Under the pieces are notes generated by a model. The model made no database searches, was not told the origin of the DNA, and saw nothing but the letters and a program-made list of their open reading frames with translations. A stretch of DNA of 64,000 nucleotides from Sminthopsis crassicaudata (lineage: Eukaryota), in contig NC_133617.1 in the NCBI RefSeq assembly GCF_048593235.1, positions 478,372,958 through 478,436,957 of the forward strand, read 5' to 3'. This document shows, in pieces, positions 1 through 12,554 of the stretch. The position numbers and the translations under genes are program-made. Position 1 is the stretch's first letter. The number at the start of each line of letters is the position of its first letter.

Positions 1-789
1 TGAGAAATGAAGAAAACAAAACCTTTGTTACCAACATGTATAAGCAAATAAAACCAATACCTACATTGTAGATCTAACTTTCTTTAGTGTATTTTCTCTT
101 AGTTTTGAGTGGACAACGTCATAGTCAATCAGAATTAAATGTTTGGGGAAGGACACCATCTTTCCCCACACTGGGGAAGGAGAATGAAGAGTTCCATCTG
201 TGGGTCAAGAAGTGCCAAGTTTTTGAAGAAGTGAATATGGGGGACCCATAAAAGAAGATTCACAGCAGAAGGTTGGTATAAACATAGTTTGGGATTGATG
301 GTAAGGATTTGATGGAAGGAACAGGGAATGGAGAATAAGAAGACCAAGATGAGAGATATTGCCATTATATTTTCCCCAAATTGAAGAAAGGAACAAAGAT
401 ACATTACTTGCCCAGTATCATACAGCAGATTAATGAGAGGGATAGAACTTAGGTTTTTAGCTCAGTCCATCATTGACACCATCACAAAACTCTCATACAG
501 AGCTTGAAGGTTTACAAAGTGCTTTCCATATGAGCCCATTGGGAAGTACTCTTATCATCTCCATTTTACTGATGAACAAACTGATATCTGTCTTGTCCAG
601 GGTCATAAAAACTTAGTGACAGAGCCAAGATTAAGATTTAAATTCCCTAATTCTTAGTTTATTGTTCTTGCTCTCATTACATCATTCTATAAGGTAGGTA
701 AGCAATTTGACTTTTTTTGGAAGGGTCTAAGACTCAAAAGATCTTAATTTGGGTGGCTGAGAACAATTCCTACTGGATAAACAGGGAAA

Positions 790-1012
790 AGAGTGGCTAA
801 GTGGCAGTAGCCTGAAGTCAGGAAGACTCATCTTTCTGAGTCCTCTGTTACTTACTAGTCGTGTAATCCTGGGCAACTCATTCAACCCAGTTTGCCTTAA
901 TTCCTTATATGTAAAAAGAACTGGAGAAGGAAATGGCTAAACTGCTCCAGAATCTTTGCCAAGAAAACCCCAAATGGGGTCACAAAAAGTAAGGCACACT
1001 GAAATGCCTGAA
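790..1012 (+). mobile_element. CORE-SINE with RTE/BovB-like tail (Mar1-like)
   Basis: tRNA-like head (ctgaagtcaggaagactc), CORE, then tail ctggagaaggaaatggc...ctttgccaagaaaaccccaaatggggtcac shared with copies near 41.0, 58.2 and 59.8 kb. Confidence 0.85.
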
Positions 1013-1751
1013 AATTCTATGAAATGTTAATGGAAGGTTATGTCTTGGGGGCCTGAGCTATAGAGGAACTATGAGGTCCAGGGAGTTGTTTTATGAATGA
1101 CCACATTTAAGATAACTTGGTAATGTTTAAATAAAACAAATGAAGTACTCAGTTGTTTGTCTATACTTGGCACTTGGGTCCAGTTTCCTACAGTCCAGGG
1201 AATATGTGAATTCCTGTTTTAAGATTCCCCAATGGCTCTCCCTTCCTGCCACAGTCACTTGAGAGCTTTGTGGAAAAGGCCATTTTTAGCAAGCTTTAAT
1301 AAAGAAAACAAGACAAAAAAACTACTTTTATTTTATTTTATTTTTTACTTAAGCATTTTATAAGTCACTTTCAAGGATTGGCACTTGTGACTGAATTCCC
1401 TTGCTTCCAACCCAGATAACTTCCATACTGACCCATTTCCTTTCTTCTTTCACTTGACTTACTGAATAGGAAGAAGATGCGACTGGTTCCTGTATCTCTG
1501 AGTCAGTGAGTGACATGTCCTCCTTAGCACAAGAGCTTGCCTATTTGTGGTCCTGGAAGTTGGTCAGCCTGGGACAGGTAAATGCTTTGAGCATCATTGT
1601 TGCCTCCTTTGGAATGAACCAAGCAATGTAAGTTGAGTTAGTGTACAAGGTCATTTTGAAAAAACTGTCCACAACATCTCCCTCTTGATTCATTCATTCA
1701 AAAGCATCATAGGATTCAGAGCTAAGGACTTACCTTAGAGATCATCTTGGC

Positions 1752-1938
1752 CAGAGGTTTTTAACTCATCTTGTGAACTTATTATTGTGATAGCTGTTTT
1801 TCAATATAATTGGTTTCCTTTATAATGCTAAGTATTTTATTTTATACATTTGAAAACCTTATCCTGAAAAGGAATTTCTATGCTTCATCAGATTGCCAAA
1901 AAGATCCAGGACACACAGAAAAGGTGTGAAATCCCTGA
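1752..1938. mobile_element. Short non-autonomous DNA-transposon (hAT/MITE-like) remnant
   Basis: cagaggtttttaac-type end and internal 'tttcaatataattggtttcctt' shared with the 14283 and 46444 copies; family name not assigned. Confidence 0.6.
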
Positions 1939-2479
1939 AATCTAACTCCGTTTTACAAATGAAGAAACTCAAGTTTAGAGAGTGGAAGTGATTTGCCCAT
2001 TCATTAATTCATTTAACAAGCACTTAATAAGTTGTGTTTGGAGAGCATTTCATCAATGGAAAGGGAATGGAAGTAAAGTTTAGATAAGATACAGTCCCCA
2101 CCCTCATAGACTTTACTGTCTAGTATGGATTAAAACCCACCACAAATAATTTTAATATATGATATAATAATTATGATATGCAATGTAAATGCTTTAGGGA
2201 GTTGAGAAATAAAACTGTTACCTAAGGTGGGGGTGGCGTTTTGGCTTAAAGCACAAGCCATCCTAGGTAATATATATTCCAAATAAAAGGGTTATCCTGG
2301 AGACACAATGCCTTAACCCAAAGGAATGATGACAAAAATCAGAATGCTAACTTTTGTGGTAGTTTTATAGGATCACAGAATTTAGGAGTGGGAGGGACCT
2401 GAGGACAAGAAGCTTCATGGTATAATAGGAGTACTAGGTTTGGGGTCTGAGAATATGGGTTTGAATTCTGACCATTAGA

Positions 2480-2738
2480 GGCAGCTGGGTGGTTTGGTGG
2501 ATACATCTCTGGGACTGGATTCAGGAAGACCAGCATTCAAACTTGACTTCCTAACTGTGTAACCCTAAGTAAAGCATTGAACCTCTATCTGCCTCAGTTG
2601 CTCAACTGTTAAATGAGGATCATACAGCACCTATTTCCCAGGGTTGTTATGAGGGCCAAATGGGATAATACCTATAAAATACTTAGCATAATGCTTGACA
2701 TGTATTAGGTGCTTAATAAATGCTTGCTCCCTTCCTTC
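2480..2738 (+). mobile_element. CORE-SINE (MIR-like) with L2-like tail
   Basis: gcagctgggtgg head, cctcagtt core, tail gtgcttaataaatgcttg. Confidence 0.8.
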
Positions 2739-4644
2739 CTAGATGAGTAAACTTGGTTGAATCACTTAACTTATTCTCAGTGGCTCAGTGGTTTCATTTT
2801 TACAGAATTAGGGAATTGAACTCTTCAGCCTCTGAGGTCCTTTTAAACTTCAAATCAGTGATTCTATAATTGTTAATTAGGTATTTTTTTCTTTCCCCTT
2901 CTTTTATCCTGCTGGAAGACTATCTCAGTCATATACATACTTCTCACTCTCCTTTGCCTTTTATTAGTTACCAGAAAAAGACATTAGGGATATTTTAGTC
3001 TAATTCTCTCATTTTATATATGGGGAAACTGAGGCCCAGGAAGATGAATTAATTTGTAAAAGATCACACAGGTACTTACAGAGCCAGGATATTTTGACAT
3101 CCTCTCTAAAGCTGTTTACTGACAGAGGGATACTATCATGTAAAAAAAAGAACACTGGGAGCCAGGAGACTGGGGTTTTAATCTTGAATCTAACACTGGC
3201 TATGTGACCTTGGATAGTTATTCATAGGATCAAAATCTGGGTCTGCAAGAGGCCATTTAGTTTAGCCCCAATGAGGAAACTGAGGAAGTCACTTGATGCC
3301 ATTGAGGTTTAGTCTATAAAAGGAAGATAGCAACCTTCAATTACCTATTTCCCAAAGCTGTTGTGAGAAAAGTGCTTTATAAACATTAAAAATGCTCCTT
3401 AAATGTGTTAGGATTACCTTCCTGAGCAACAAGATCTCTGTGTTGAGTGTTGCTATCACTCGTTGCTTTTTCTGGGCATAGTGGGTTCATTATTTTACTT
3501 GCTTTCTCACTGCTATGAAAAACATGTACTGGACCTTCCATATTTCTCAGTCAGAGAGGGGTCATAGGGACTCTTCTGATGGGTTAATTTTGATCAAAGT
3601 TGTCTTTGTAGCAAACAGAGCTGAGTTTAATACAGCCTTGCAGATAGCTTTCCCCTTCCATCACCCCTCTACCTATGGTACTGGCCTGCCACCATTTTAA
3701 TTTAGAAAAAAAAAAAAAAAACAAACAAACCCAAACAAACTTATTTCACCTTCCTTCTGGAAGCTGAACAAATGAAATCAGTACTTTTATTACTCATTGG
3801 CCCTGAGCAGAGATTCAAGCCTGAGGGTTTGATCATCTGAGCATGGTCTAGGTAGGAACTGTCATTGCCTTAAGAGCTCTGATTTTAGTCTACCTCAGGC
3901 TGGCTGCCACTCTCCTTGAAATGATATCACCAGAACAAGGTACCTCAGCTGTCACTTCATTAGGAACTGAAGAATCCAAATTATCTGCTAACTCTCTATG
4001 GAATGGCACAGCAGGGAACATCAGGTCGCCAGAGCATCTGGAATCAACTTGAACCCTGGAAAATAGGTTAGTGAAAGAACATCATCTTCTGAATCCAAGC
4101 TTCATTCCTGCTTCCTTATCCCACGTAATCCATGGCAAGTATATACAGTCAACTCTACAGTAACCATATCAGAGACCAGGTCAGTCTATCACTCAGTCAA
4201 TAAACATTAAGCACTGGGGATGTAAATACAAAGAACTGACCCTTAAGGAACTTACATTCTAGTGAGGAAAACAGCATGGAAATCTTGGCTTTTGCTTTAT
4301 TTCCGGCCTCTGCTCTTAGCACTATGAACCATATGATGCTAGAAGGACTAGTAGGATAAGCAAAGGAAGATGTTGACTGTATTCTTAGCAAATACCTTGC
4401 TCCTACACAGTTGAAAATACCATTAATTAATTCATCAGTCAACAAAACATTTATGATGTGCCTATGATGGGCTAAGTGCTATACAAGACAAAATACACAT
4501 TCAAGACAGTCCCTGGCCTCAACGAGCTTACATTATACTTCCAAGTTGGAGAGTATAATATCATCAAAGAGACAAGTAAATATAAGAGGTATACAAAGTA
4601 CATAAAATGTAATTGGAGAGAAAGGCTTGAAAATTTTTAATAGT

Positions 4645-5105
4645 TTTTTTTATTTTGTCCAGTTGTCCATGTAAAGATAGTTTTCAACATTTGCTTTTTT
4701 AAAATTTTGAGTTCCATTTTTTCTTTTTTTCTTCTTTCCCTCCTCCCCAAGACAGCAAGCAATCTGATATAGATTAAACATGTGCAATTCTTTTAAATTT
4801 ATTTCCATTTTGTCATGTTGTGTAAGAAAAATCAGACCAAAAGGGAAAAAGAACACAAGAAAGAAAAAAAAAACAAGCAAAAAAGGTGAAAATATTTTGC
4901 TGAGATACATATTTAGTCTTTAGTTCTTTCTAGCATTTTCTATCCCAAATCTTTTGAAATTCCCTTGAATCACCCCATTGTTAAGAGCCAAGTCCATCAC
5001 AATTGCTCATCACATACTCTTTTTGTTACTGTGTACAATGTTCTCTTGATTCTCATTTCCCTCAGCATCAGTTCATGTATATCTTCCAAGCTTTTCAGAA
5101 ATCAT
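4645..5105 (-). mobile_element. L1 3' end fragment
   Basis: T-rich left end, aagatagttttcaacatt, agacagcaagcaatctgata, gttactgtgtacaatgttctc...tcagcatcagttcatgt; same motifs recur in other copies. Confidence 0.85.
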
Positions 5106-6599
5106 TCATAAGAAATATCTTTTTTTAAGAGGTGGCTCTTGAATGAAAATTTGAAGGGGCTCCAAGAATTGGAAGTGAGGAAGGAAGGCATTACATAACA
5201 TAGTGAAAAAGCTTGGACTTGGTATGGAGTTAGGAGATGGAATGTTTTGTAAGGATGATGGTAACTAAATCTATTTAGTAAGTTATATGGAGGAGACCAG
5301 TGTGAAAATCAGCTCAGTGGCTGAAATCGGATTGTGCTAGGTTTTAAATGACAGACGAATTATTATTTTATTCTAGAACAACAGGGAATTATTGAAGTTT
5401 CTGGAACAAGGATGTGATAGCAGTATAGGACATGGATTGTAAAAGAACATAATATAATATAAAATAATATAATGAAGGAAGACTAATTAGGAGCAAATCC
5501 AGTCTTCACTTTGGCTCTATGGATCAAATCATTCTCAAAGTAGGCACAAGACTAGAATTTAATCTGATGGTTAATAAATTGGCAGTCATAACTGGGGTAA
5601 GGGGTGCAGGAAAAGGAAACTCTTCTCCTCACTCCCACCCCACGTTTTAGTATGAAGCCAAAATCTGTTCTCTATACTTGTGGCTACTGATGACTAAGTG
5701 GTGAACCGATTCACTAAATCATAGGATGCCAGGCTAACATTTTATTTCCTGAAGGTGAAGTTATTGGCACCTGCCCCTGAAGAAACTGCAGAGACTCAGC
5801 TTTGCTTCATATAATTGATCTCCTAGGTCATAATTCTGGCTTCAAGAACTGGACTAAAAAGATACAAAGAACAACAACCATTTTATTTTAGCCAGATCTA
5901 AGTTTGCTAAACTCCTTTGGTCAGATGATAATATCCCAGTGTTGACAGTTCATTGGTTCTTCCGTACCATTCCCAACACCCCCACTCTTGCTGAGCCTGA
6001 ACTTATATTCACTCATCTCCAATTTCTTCTTGAAGAAGAGTGATGAAGAAGCTCTTCCGAGAAACCTCAGGCGTTGAACGAACATTACTGGGACCTAATG
6101 GCTCAGGAAAGAAGGAGATGGGGTGAGCCCATTTTCCTCTCTGGGCTTCAGTTTCCTCATCTCCAAAAGGAAAGGTTTGGACTGATAGCCTTCGAAGGTC
6201 CTTCCAGCTTTAGAGATATTGATCCTGTATTTTATGATCTCTTTGGGGCTGATTTTCCTTATCTCTAACTTAAGGGGGGGATGGGTGGGACGAGACAATC
6301 TTTCAGATCCTTTCTGTCTCACAGCCCTTCCCGTCCAGTTACACAGCCATTCTGGCCTGTCTCCTCTCTACCACCTGGCAGAGTATCGCTGAAATCTTCC
6401 CTTCTGGGGAGATTTCCCTGGGTAGCTCCAACTTCAGGCAACCATTGGACTCTCCACCATCCCTGTTACTAGGATCTATTTGGAGATTGGGTCTTGGTCT
6501 TACTTCTGAGCCTGAGGGAGGCACAAAACCACTTCTTTTCATTTATTTCCCCTTCCTTTTTCTTCCTAAACCTTCTATGGCCCTCCCCCAGCCCCCCTT

Positions 6600-7928
6600 T
6601 GAAACCGTTAGCCGCTGTGGGGTCCCATCCATCCTCTCCCAAGCTCCCCTCTCCCCCCCCCCCCAAGCGGAGCCGAGGGGCCTGCGAGCGGGCCTGTCTT
6701 GATTGTGTCGATGGGAGATGATTTTCAAGGTGAAATTTCTAGTTCAGTTGAGTCACTTTCATTCAAGGCAACGAGCCAAATGTCACCCCCGCCCTGCGCC
6801 GCACTCGATGCGCCCGCCGCTCTCCCATTGCATTTAAATTTACTCCACTTTTCCTCTCTGACACCTGTTTAAATCAATATCTTCCTCTCCAGGTCGTGGG
6901 GAGAATGTGCTCGGGCCCTCCACACAGCGCTTCTCAAATCCACTAAAATCAACACAATAATTGAAATATTTTCAAGCTGATTACACCGCAGCCCGAGGCT
7001 AGGCTGGTTGCTAAGGGTAAGCTCCCCGGTTGCTAGGGGGAGTAAATCATCTTGCATTATTTGATTTTTGTTATAGATATGAAACCGCTACTCCCTCGAT
7101 TAAATGTCTCTCAGTCTAACACCTATGGGACCTGGGGAAAGAGAAAAGAAAAGCGGTAACCTTGACCCTGTCAAATAAATATCTCTAACTTTTCCTGTCC
7201 TCCGGCTTCCCAGCCAAACCTGTCTGCGGATTTTTTTCCCTTCTTCTTCTTCCCTTAACCTGACTTTAAATAACAAAGCTGTGGGGACGGGCAAGATGAA
7301 GAGAGGGAAAAACTGTCTGTTCTATTAAAGGACCTCTCGGCTGGGCTAAACACTCTCTATTTACTCCAAACACAGCATGATGGGGAAGCTACAAGGATCT
7401 AATAGCCTTGAAGATGTAGAATCTCCGCAATTACGGTTCCCTTCAAGCCGGCGGCTCGCGGGGGCCCCAGCCCGGCTCGATGCGGAGCGCTTGGCCGGGG
7501 CTGCCTTCCGCAAGAGCCCGGGCTCTCTGCGCCGGTCCGGCCGCAGCCCCGCCACCACCGCGGGCGCCGCTGCCGCCGCCTAGGACGGCCCGGTGCATTA
7601 TTAATAGGAGCTCCGGCGGCCGGGGGAGGTGGCATGTGACACGGACACCCGGCAGCCTGGGCTGTTTCGCGGGGTCTCAGCATGCTCCTGCTTCCCCCTT
7701 TATCTCCACTCCCGCCCACCGGCTCTCCAAAAATTAATTCTGCCCAATAATACTGTCATTGTCCGACTGTCTGAGGCCAGAGGCTAGCTGTCCTGGCCTC
7801 CCGCTGGCCGGGGGCTCCGCACCTTTCCTCTGGAAACAAACAAACAAGCTTGTGGCTGAGGTGGAGGGAGAGGTGAGGCGGTCTCAGTGGAGACCTGGCC
7901 TCGTCCTAATGGAGTCACACAATGGTGG
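6600..7928. promoter_or_regulatory. CpG island with enhancer-like blocks
   Basis: Sharp rise in GC and CpG (6600-6830, 7430-7930) against a CpG-poor background; repeat-free; TGACA/TGTCA and PBX-HOX-like motifs; ends in an N gap. Confidence 0.75.
6893..7016 (+). other. Candidate non-coding exon
   Basis: Acceptor cttcctctccAG (AG 6891-6892) and donor AGG|GTAAGC (GT 7017-7018); 124 nt; stop codons in all three frames. Motif evidence only. Confidence 0.3.
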
Positions 7929-8087
7929 NNNNNNNNNNNNNNNNNNNNNNNNNNNNNNNNNNNNNNNNNNNNNNNNNNNNNNNNNNNNNNNNNNNNNNNN
8001 NNNNNNNNNNNNNNNNNNNNNNNNNNNNNNNNNNNNNNNNNNNNNNNNNNNNNNNNNNNNNNNNNNNNNNNNNNNNNNNNNNNNNNN
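7929..8087. other. Assembly gap (159 N)
   Basis: Run of n at the edge of the CpG island. Confidence 0.99.
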
Positions 8088-8256
8088 GTAGGCACAAAGG
8101 AGTCAGCATAGGATAGCATGTAGAGCTATCAGAAACTCAAGAATGTTTCCCAGTTCCTTTATTTTGGGTTGTTTTGGGAGGGTTGGGTTGATTTATTTCA
8201 CCCAAACACTTAGGCTAGGTTGGTTTTGCATTCAGTTTTTTTTTTTTTTTTTTTTT

Positions 8257-8360
8257 GGGGGGGGAGGCAAAGTTTAAGTGACTTGCCCAGGATCACACAG
8301 CTAGTAAATACTGAGTCCTGATTTGAATTCAGATCCACCTGATTCCAGGGCCGGAGCTCT
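8257..8360 (-). mobile_element. Short CORE-SINE (WSINE1-like)
   Basis: After a T-run: aagtgacttgcccaggatcacacagctag...atttgaattcagatcc. Confidence 0.8.
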
Positions 8361-8500
8361 ATCATCCAGTTATTAAAAGGGAACATCTTTCTTATGCCAG
8401 AGGATTAAGGATTTGGAGGGAGAAGGGACTTAAGAGGCCATCTAGCCTGTTTTTTATTTTACAGATTGGGAAATAAATTCAGGGAGATTATGACTAACCA

Positions 8501-9444
8501 ATGGCTGAAGATGAAGGAAGCCTTTGCTGGCCCAAAATTTAGAGCAGGTAGGGACTGAGATGTCTTAGATTTACCTCAGGGCTTTAGGAATGGAACCTTC
8601 CCCCCCTCCATTCCCCCTCAGAGATGGAATTGAGAGACCTGTTCTGATGGCACACCCAGGATACTTTGCACTACACCGTGAAGTCTGTGGCACCTATTTC
8701 CTGAAGAGCACATTGATCCTGAATTTAGAGGACTTCAGATCTTACCACTGATGCTAGCTATCTGTGCACTTCTGTACAAGTCACTGAGTCTCAGTTTCTT
8801 AATATGTAAAGTAAGGGCCTGATACTAGGCCTCCAACTCTAAATTTATAATTTCATGTTGTAAAGAGGATATTCTTATCCAATGATGGGACTTAAAGCCA
8901 AGTTGTCCCATTCAAAATAAAAGCGTTCTGGAGCACACACACACACACACACACATGTTAAGGATCTGGGTCCCTTGATTGATGTCCCCTCTCTTTTCAT
9001 AGGAGGGGACCAGAAAAGTAAAGTTATTCTTAATAGCCACACATCAGGACTGAGAGAGCCCTCACTACATTCAGCCCTCACTATATTCAGGCATTTTCTT
9101 AGCCACACATCCCACCTACTCTCTATCCAGAGGTGCCACTTGTTGGGTAGGTTGGATCAAAGCCCAGGAAACTGTTTTTCAACAATTAAGTGGCCCTCAA
9201 TTTTAGAGGAACCATTAAAGTTCCTTCAGTCCAGTAGATCAGACCCATCTTAGTGCTTTCGTCTGAATCTTTCCTTCCATGCTTTGTATCATTAGGGAGA
9301 CCACCTTCCCAAAGTGAAGTTTAAACCATGGCTGAAGATGAAAGAAGCCTTTGCTGGCCCAAAACTTAGAGCAGGTAGGGACTAAGGTCTCTTAGATTCA
9401 CCTCAGGGAGATGGCTTTTAGGAATGGACCCTTCCTCTCCCCCC
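8501..9444 (+). repeat. Dispersed direct repeat pair (~8501-8606 and ~9328-9444)
   Basis: atggctgaagatgaa(g/a)gaagcctttgctggcccaaaa...; 6 mismatches in the first 81 nt. Confidence 0.95.
8933..8955. repeat. (CA)n microsatellite
   Basis: Read directly. Confidence 0.95.
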
Positions 9445-9599
9445 AAAACTGCTTGCTCTCCTCTGTTTCTTGGTCACTGGCAGCAATGGGACCTTGTCTT
9501 CTTAGCTTCAGTAAGCCTTTTGCCTGGGGCCAAAGAGCCCCTCCTTATACCATCTCTCCCTCTCCCCCCCTCCCCCCCAGTATATTGTAGGCACAAGAG

Positions 9600-10000
9600 C
9601 CTTTGGAGAAGTTTGAGGTTTTTTTTTTTTAATGGGCAGAAATATCTGCCTGTTAAACTTTAACTACAACTGTACCCAAAGCCCGTCTGTCTAGCAGCAG
9701 GTGGGCTAGTGAGAGGCCCGGTCCTGCTGGGATATAACCAGCTGTTCCCATGAATGAATCTCAAGTAAATTAACAAACACCACACAAACCTGTCAATTGA
9801 ATCATTCTTGATTACTGTAAACGCTGGGTGATCCGGGCGGGGGCCTTCCTCCCCAGCCCCTCCTGCTCGGAGTAAGCTTCTTTGTGTCCAGGGGAGCTCC
9901 CACTATCTCTCACACCCCGTACAGCCAGGCCTTGCAGCTGCATTCCTCAGAGCCGTGTTTTAGATGGCAAGTGGTCGCCGGGTTCTAATCCGTCCCACGT
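9600..10000. promoter_or_regulatory. Candidate enhancer block
   Basis: Repeat-free, CpG-retaining; CTGTCA 9790-9795, CAGGTG, CAGCTG and acaaaca motifs. Confidence 0.4.
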
Positions 10001-10432
10001 CCCATTGCCAGTCCATTCTTTCATAGGCGCCATTTCTTAGCCTGTATCCTCTCTGCTTGAAGACTTTTAGGGTTCCCCATTTTCTACAGAATCAAGCTTA
10101 GCTTGGCATTCAAGCTCCCCTAGATTACCCATGCAACTTTCATTTTTATTTAGCACAGTTCCTGGAACATAGTAAGTGCCTAATGAATGCTTGTTGAGAT
10201 GGCTTCTATTGCCTTGGCTCACATGATTCTCCCAATCCTTTAAGTCAGCTCTTCTTCCATTATACCTTCCCTCACTGTGCCTGAAACCTGAAGCATGAAT
10301 TATCTAACTAGAACTAACACTTTGTGGAGTATTTTGTGTGTCAGTTTTTTATTTTGTCACGATTGTTGGCATAGTGGAATTGAGTGCCAGACTTGGAGTC
10401 AAGAAGACCCGAGTTCCAGTCCTACCTTAGAC

Positions 10433-10990
10433 ACTTCCTACATATGCCCTTGCCTAGTTATGTGTTTTTTTTTAATAGCCTCAATTTTTTTAATAGGGAT
10501 AATAGCACTTACTATATATAGTGATATAAGGACTTCCTACACATGACCACACTAGTCATGTTTATGTTCTCTTAGCCTCAGTTTTTTTTTTCATCTGTAA
10601 AATGGGGATAATAATAACCCTTACTATATAGTGATATAAGGATTTCCTACATATTAGTGATATAAAGACTTTCTACATATCACCATGCTTAGTCATTTTT
10701 TCTTAGCCTCAGTTTTTTTCATCTGCAAAATGGGCATAATAACACTACATAGTGATATAAGGACTTCCTACATATCACCATGCTTACTCATGTTTGTTTT
10801 TTCTTAGCCTCAGTTTTTTTCATCTGTAAAATGGGGATAATAGCATTTATTATATAGTGGTATAAGAACTTCCTATACTTTCTACATATGATCACTTCTA
10901 GACATTTATTTTTTCTTAGCCTGAGTTTTTTTTTTCATCTGCAAAATGGGGAAAATAATAGCACTTACTGCATAGTGATATAAAGATCAC
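10433..10990 (+). repeat. Tandem array of ~5 MIR-core-derived units (~97-131 bp)
   Basis: Anchor tagcct(c/g)a at ~10476, 10573, 10704, 10805 and 10917; most units continue tttttcatctg(t/c)aaaatggg and all carry tagtg(a/g)tataa. Confidence 0.9.
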
Positions 10991-11249
10991 TCTATAAAGC
11001 AACTTGCAAATCTTAAAACACTACATAAATATTATCATCATCATCATTAACTTTTTGAAGATATGGACCATAATGCATTTATTCTATGCTGTCATCAACA
11101 CAATGGTGTGTATTTAATAATCAGTCAATTAGTAGTTATTTTGAATGAATGAAAAAAAATACCCTTTTCTTATATCTATAAAATAAACCAGGTTGGGAAT
11201 CCATAGAGATTGAAAGACACTTTTAAAGAGCTGGTGGCAGTAAGGAAAA

Positions 11250-11500
11250 GGGAAGGGAATAAGCATTTATTGAGTACCTACTATGTACCAATCACTGTTT
11301 CAGGCACTTTACAAATATCATCTCATTTGATTTTCACTGCAACTCTGCAAGCTAGATGCTGACATTGTTGCTATTTTATAGATGAGGCAATTGAAGTTAA
11401 ATGACTTGCCTAGGATTGCTTAGGAAAGTGCCTAAGGTCGCCATTTGAACTCGAATTTTTCTGATTCCAGGTCAAGTGTTCCAGCCACTGTACCAGCTAG
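11250..11500 (-). mobile_element. CORE-SINE (MIR-like)
   Basis: aataagcatttattgagtacc...ttttatagatgagg...ttgaactc. Confidence 0.75.
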
Positions 11501-12554
11501 CTGCTTCTACATATAATATAGCCTAGTATATAAAAAGGGCTGGCTGGAGAATGTAGGAAACTTGGCCTCTGGCTAGACCAGAATTAGTGAACAACTGACT
11601 ATGTGATTTTGTGGAAATCACTTTTCTGAATTCTGTTGTTTCCAGCCATATAAGAAGAAATCAAGAATTTTTCCTCCCTCCTTAGAGTGACATTAGGAAG
11701 ACCAATGTGGTAAATATCATATAGTGCTAAGTTTCTTGGAAGAATGCATTTAGGTGAGTAGATGGTGGAACTACCTCTTTACGTAGCATTCTCTTCCTTA
11801 TTTTTGTCTCCTACTTGGGAAAACCCCACCTGCACTGTCTGGGTCTCCTCTCAGACCCCACCACTTCCTTGCAGAGGCTGCCAGTTACCGGTTTGGCTTC
11901 CCCTGGACCTCCTGGAACTGCTTCCATTTCAATTTACCGTTGACTTGAGAACTTGGACAGCTGGGAGAGGCTGGGTAAGGCAGATACTCTGCTGGAAGAA
12001 GCCAGATGGGACAGTATTTGGGGGGAGAACAATGCAACATGCTTTAAAAACTCTGCTATGGCACTAGGACAGCATTACACAGATAGCAGGCATTTAATAC
12101 ATAACTTGCTGATTATGTTAGGCTTTTACATTGAAAATGTCAAAGTTTGTCACAACAGTTCTACCTCATAATCATCTTTATCAGACAGAGATGAACTCCA
12201 TTTTGCAGAAGGGTAAACTGAGACCCAGAGAAATTAAATGAATTGACCAAGATCACAAGCATGATGAAATGGAGATTAGAAGTCAGGAATCAACAGATTT
12301 ACAGGATAGTGTTCTTTCCTAAAGCATAGGTCTGATCATCTTTCTCCCCTGATGAAGACATTTCAGTGAATACCTCTTGCCTCTATAACAAAAAAATAAA
12401 TAAACACCTCTATTTGGCATACAAAATCCTCTGCAATTTGAATCGGACCTGTCAGAATAGACTGATTTCCCTCATACATTCTATCAATCAATCAATCAAG
12501 CAAGCATTTATTAAGTATGCTTAGTTTCCATAGACTATCACCCTGGCTTTCTTT

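Noticed and set aside
6368-6385. CTCF-like CTGCCAGGTGGTAG on the minus strand
   Set aside because: Mismatches at normally constrained positions; not supportable without a PWM score or ChIP.
7077-7155. Second small exon candidate (ttatAG...GCG|GTAACC)
   Set aside because: Would need a 60-nt intron after 7016, and both sites are weak.
7361-7737. Overlapping GC-rich ORFs in the first CpG island
   Set aside because: A/P/R/G-rich peptides in several frames on both strands reflect stop-codon scarcity in GC-rich DNA; no recognisable domain.
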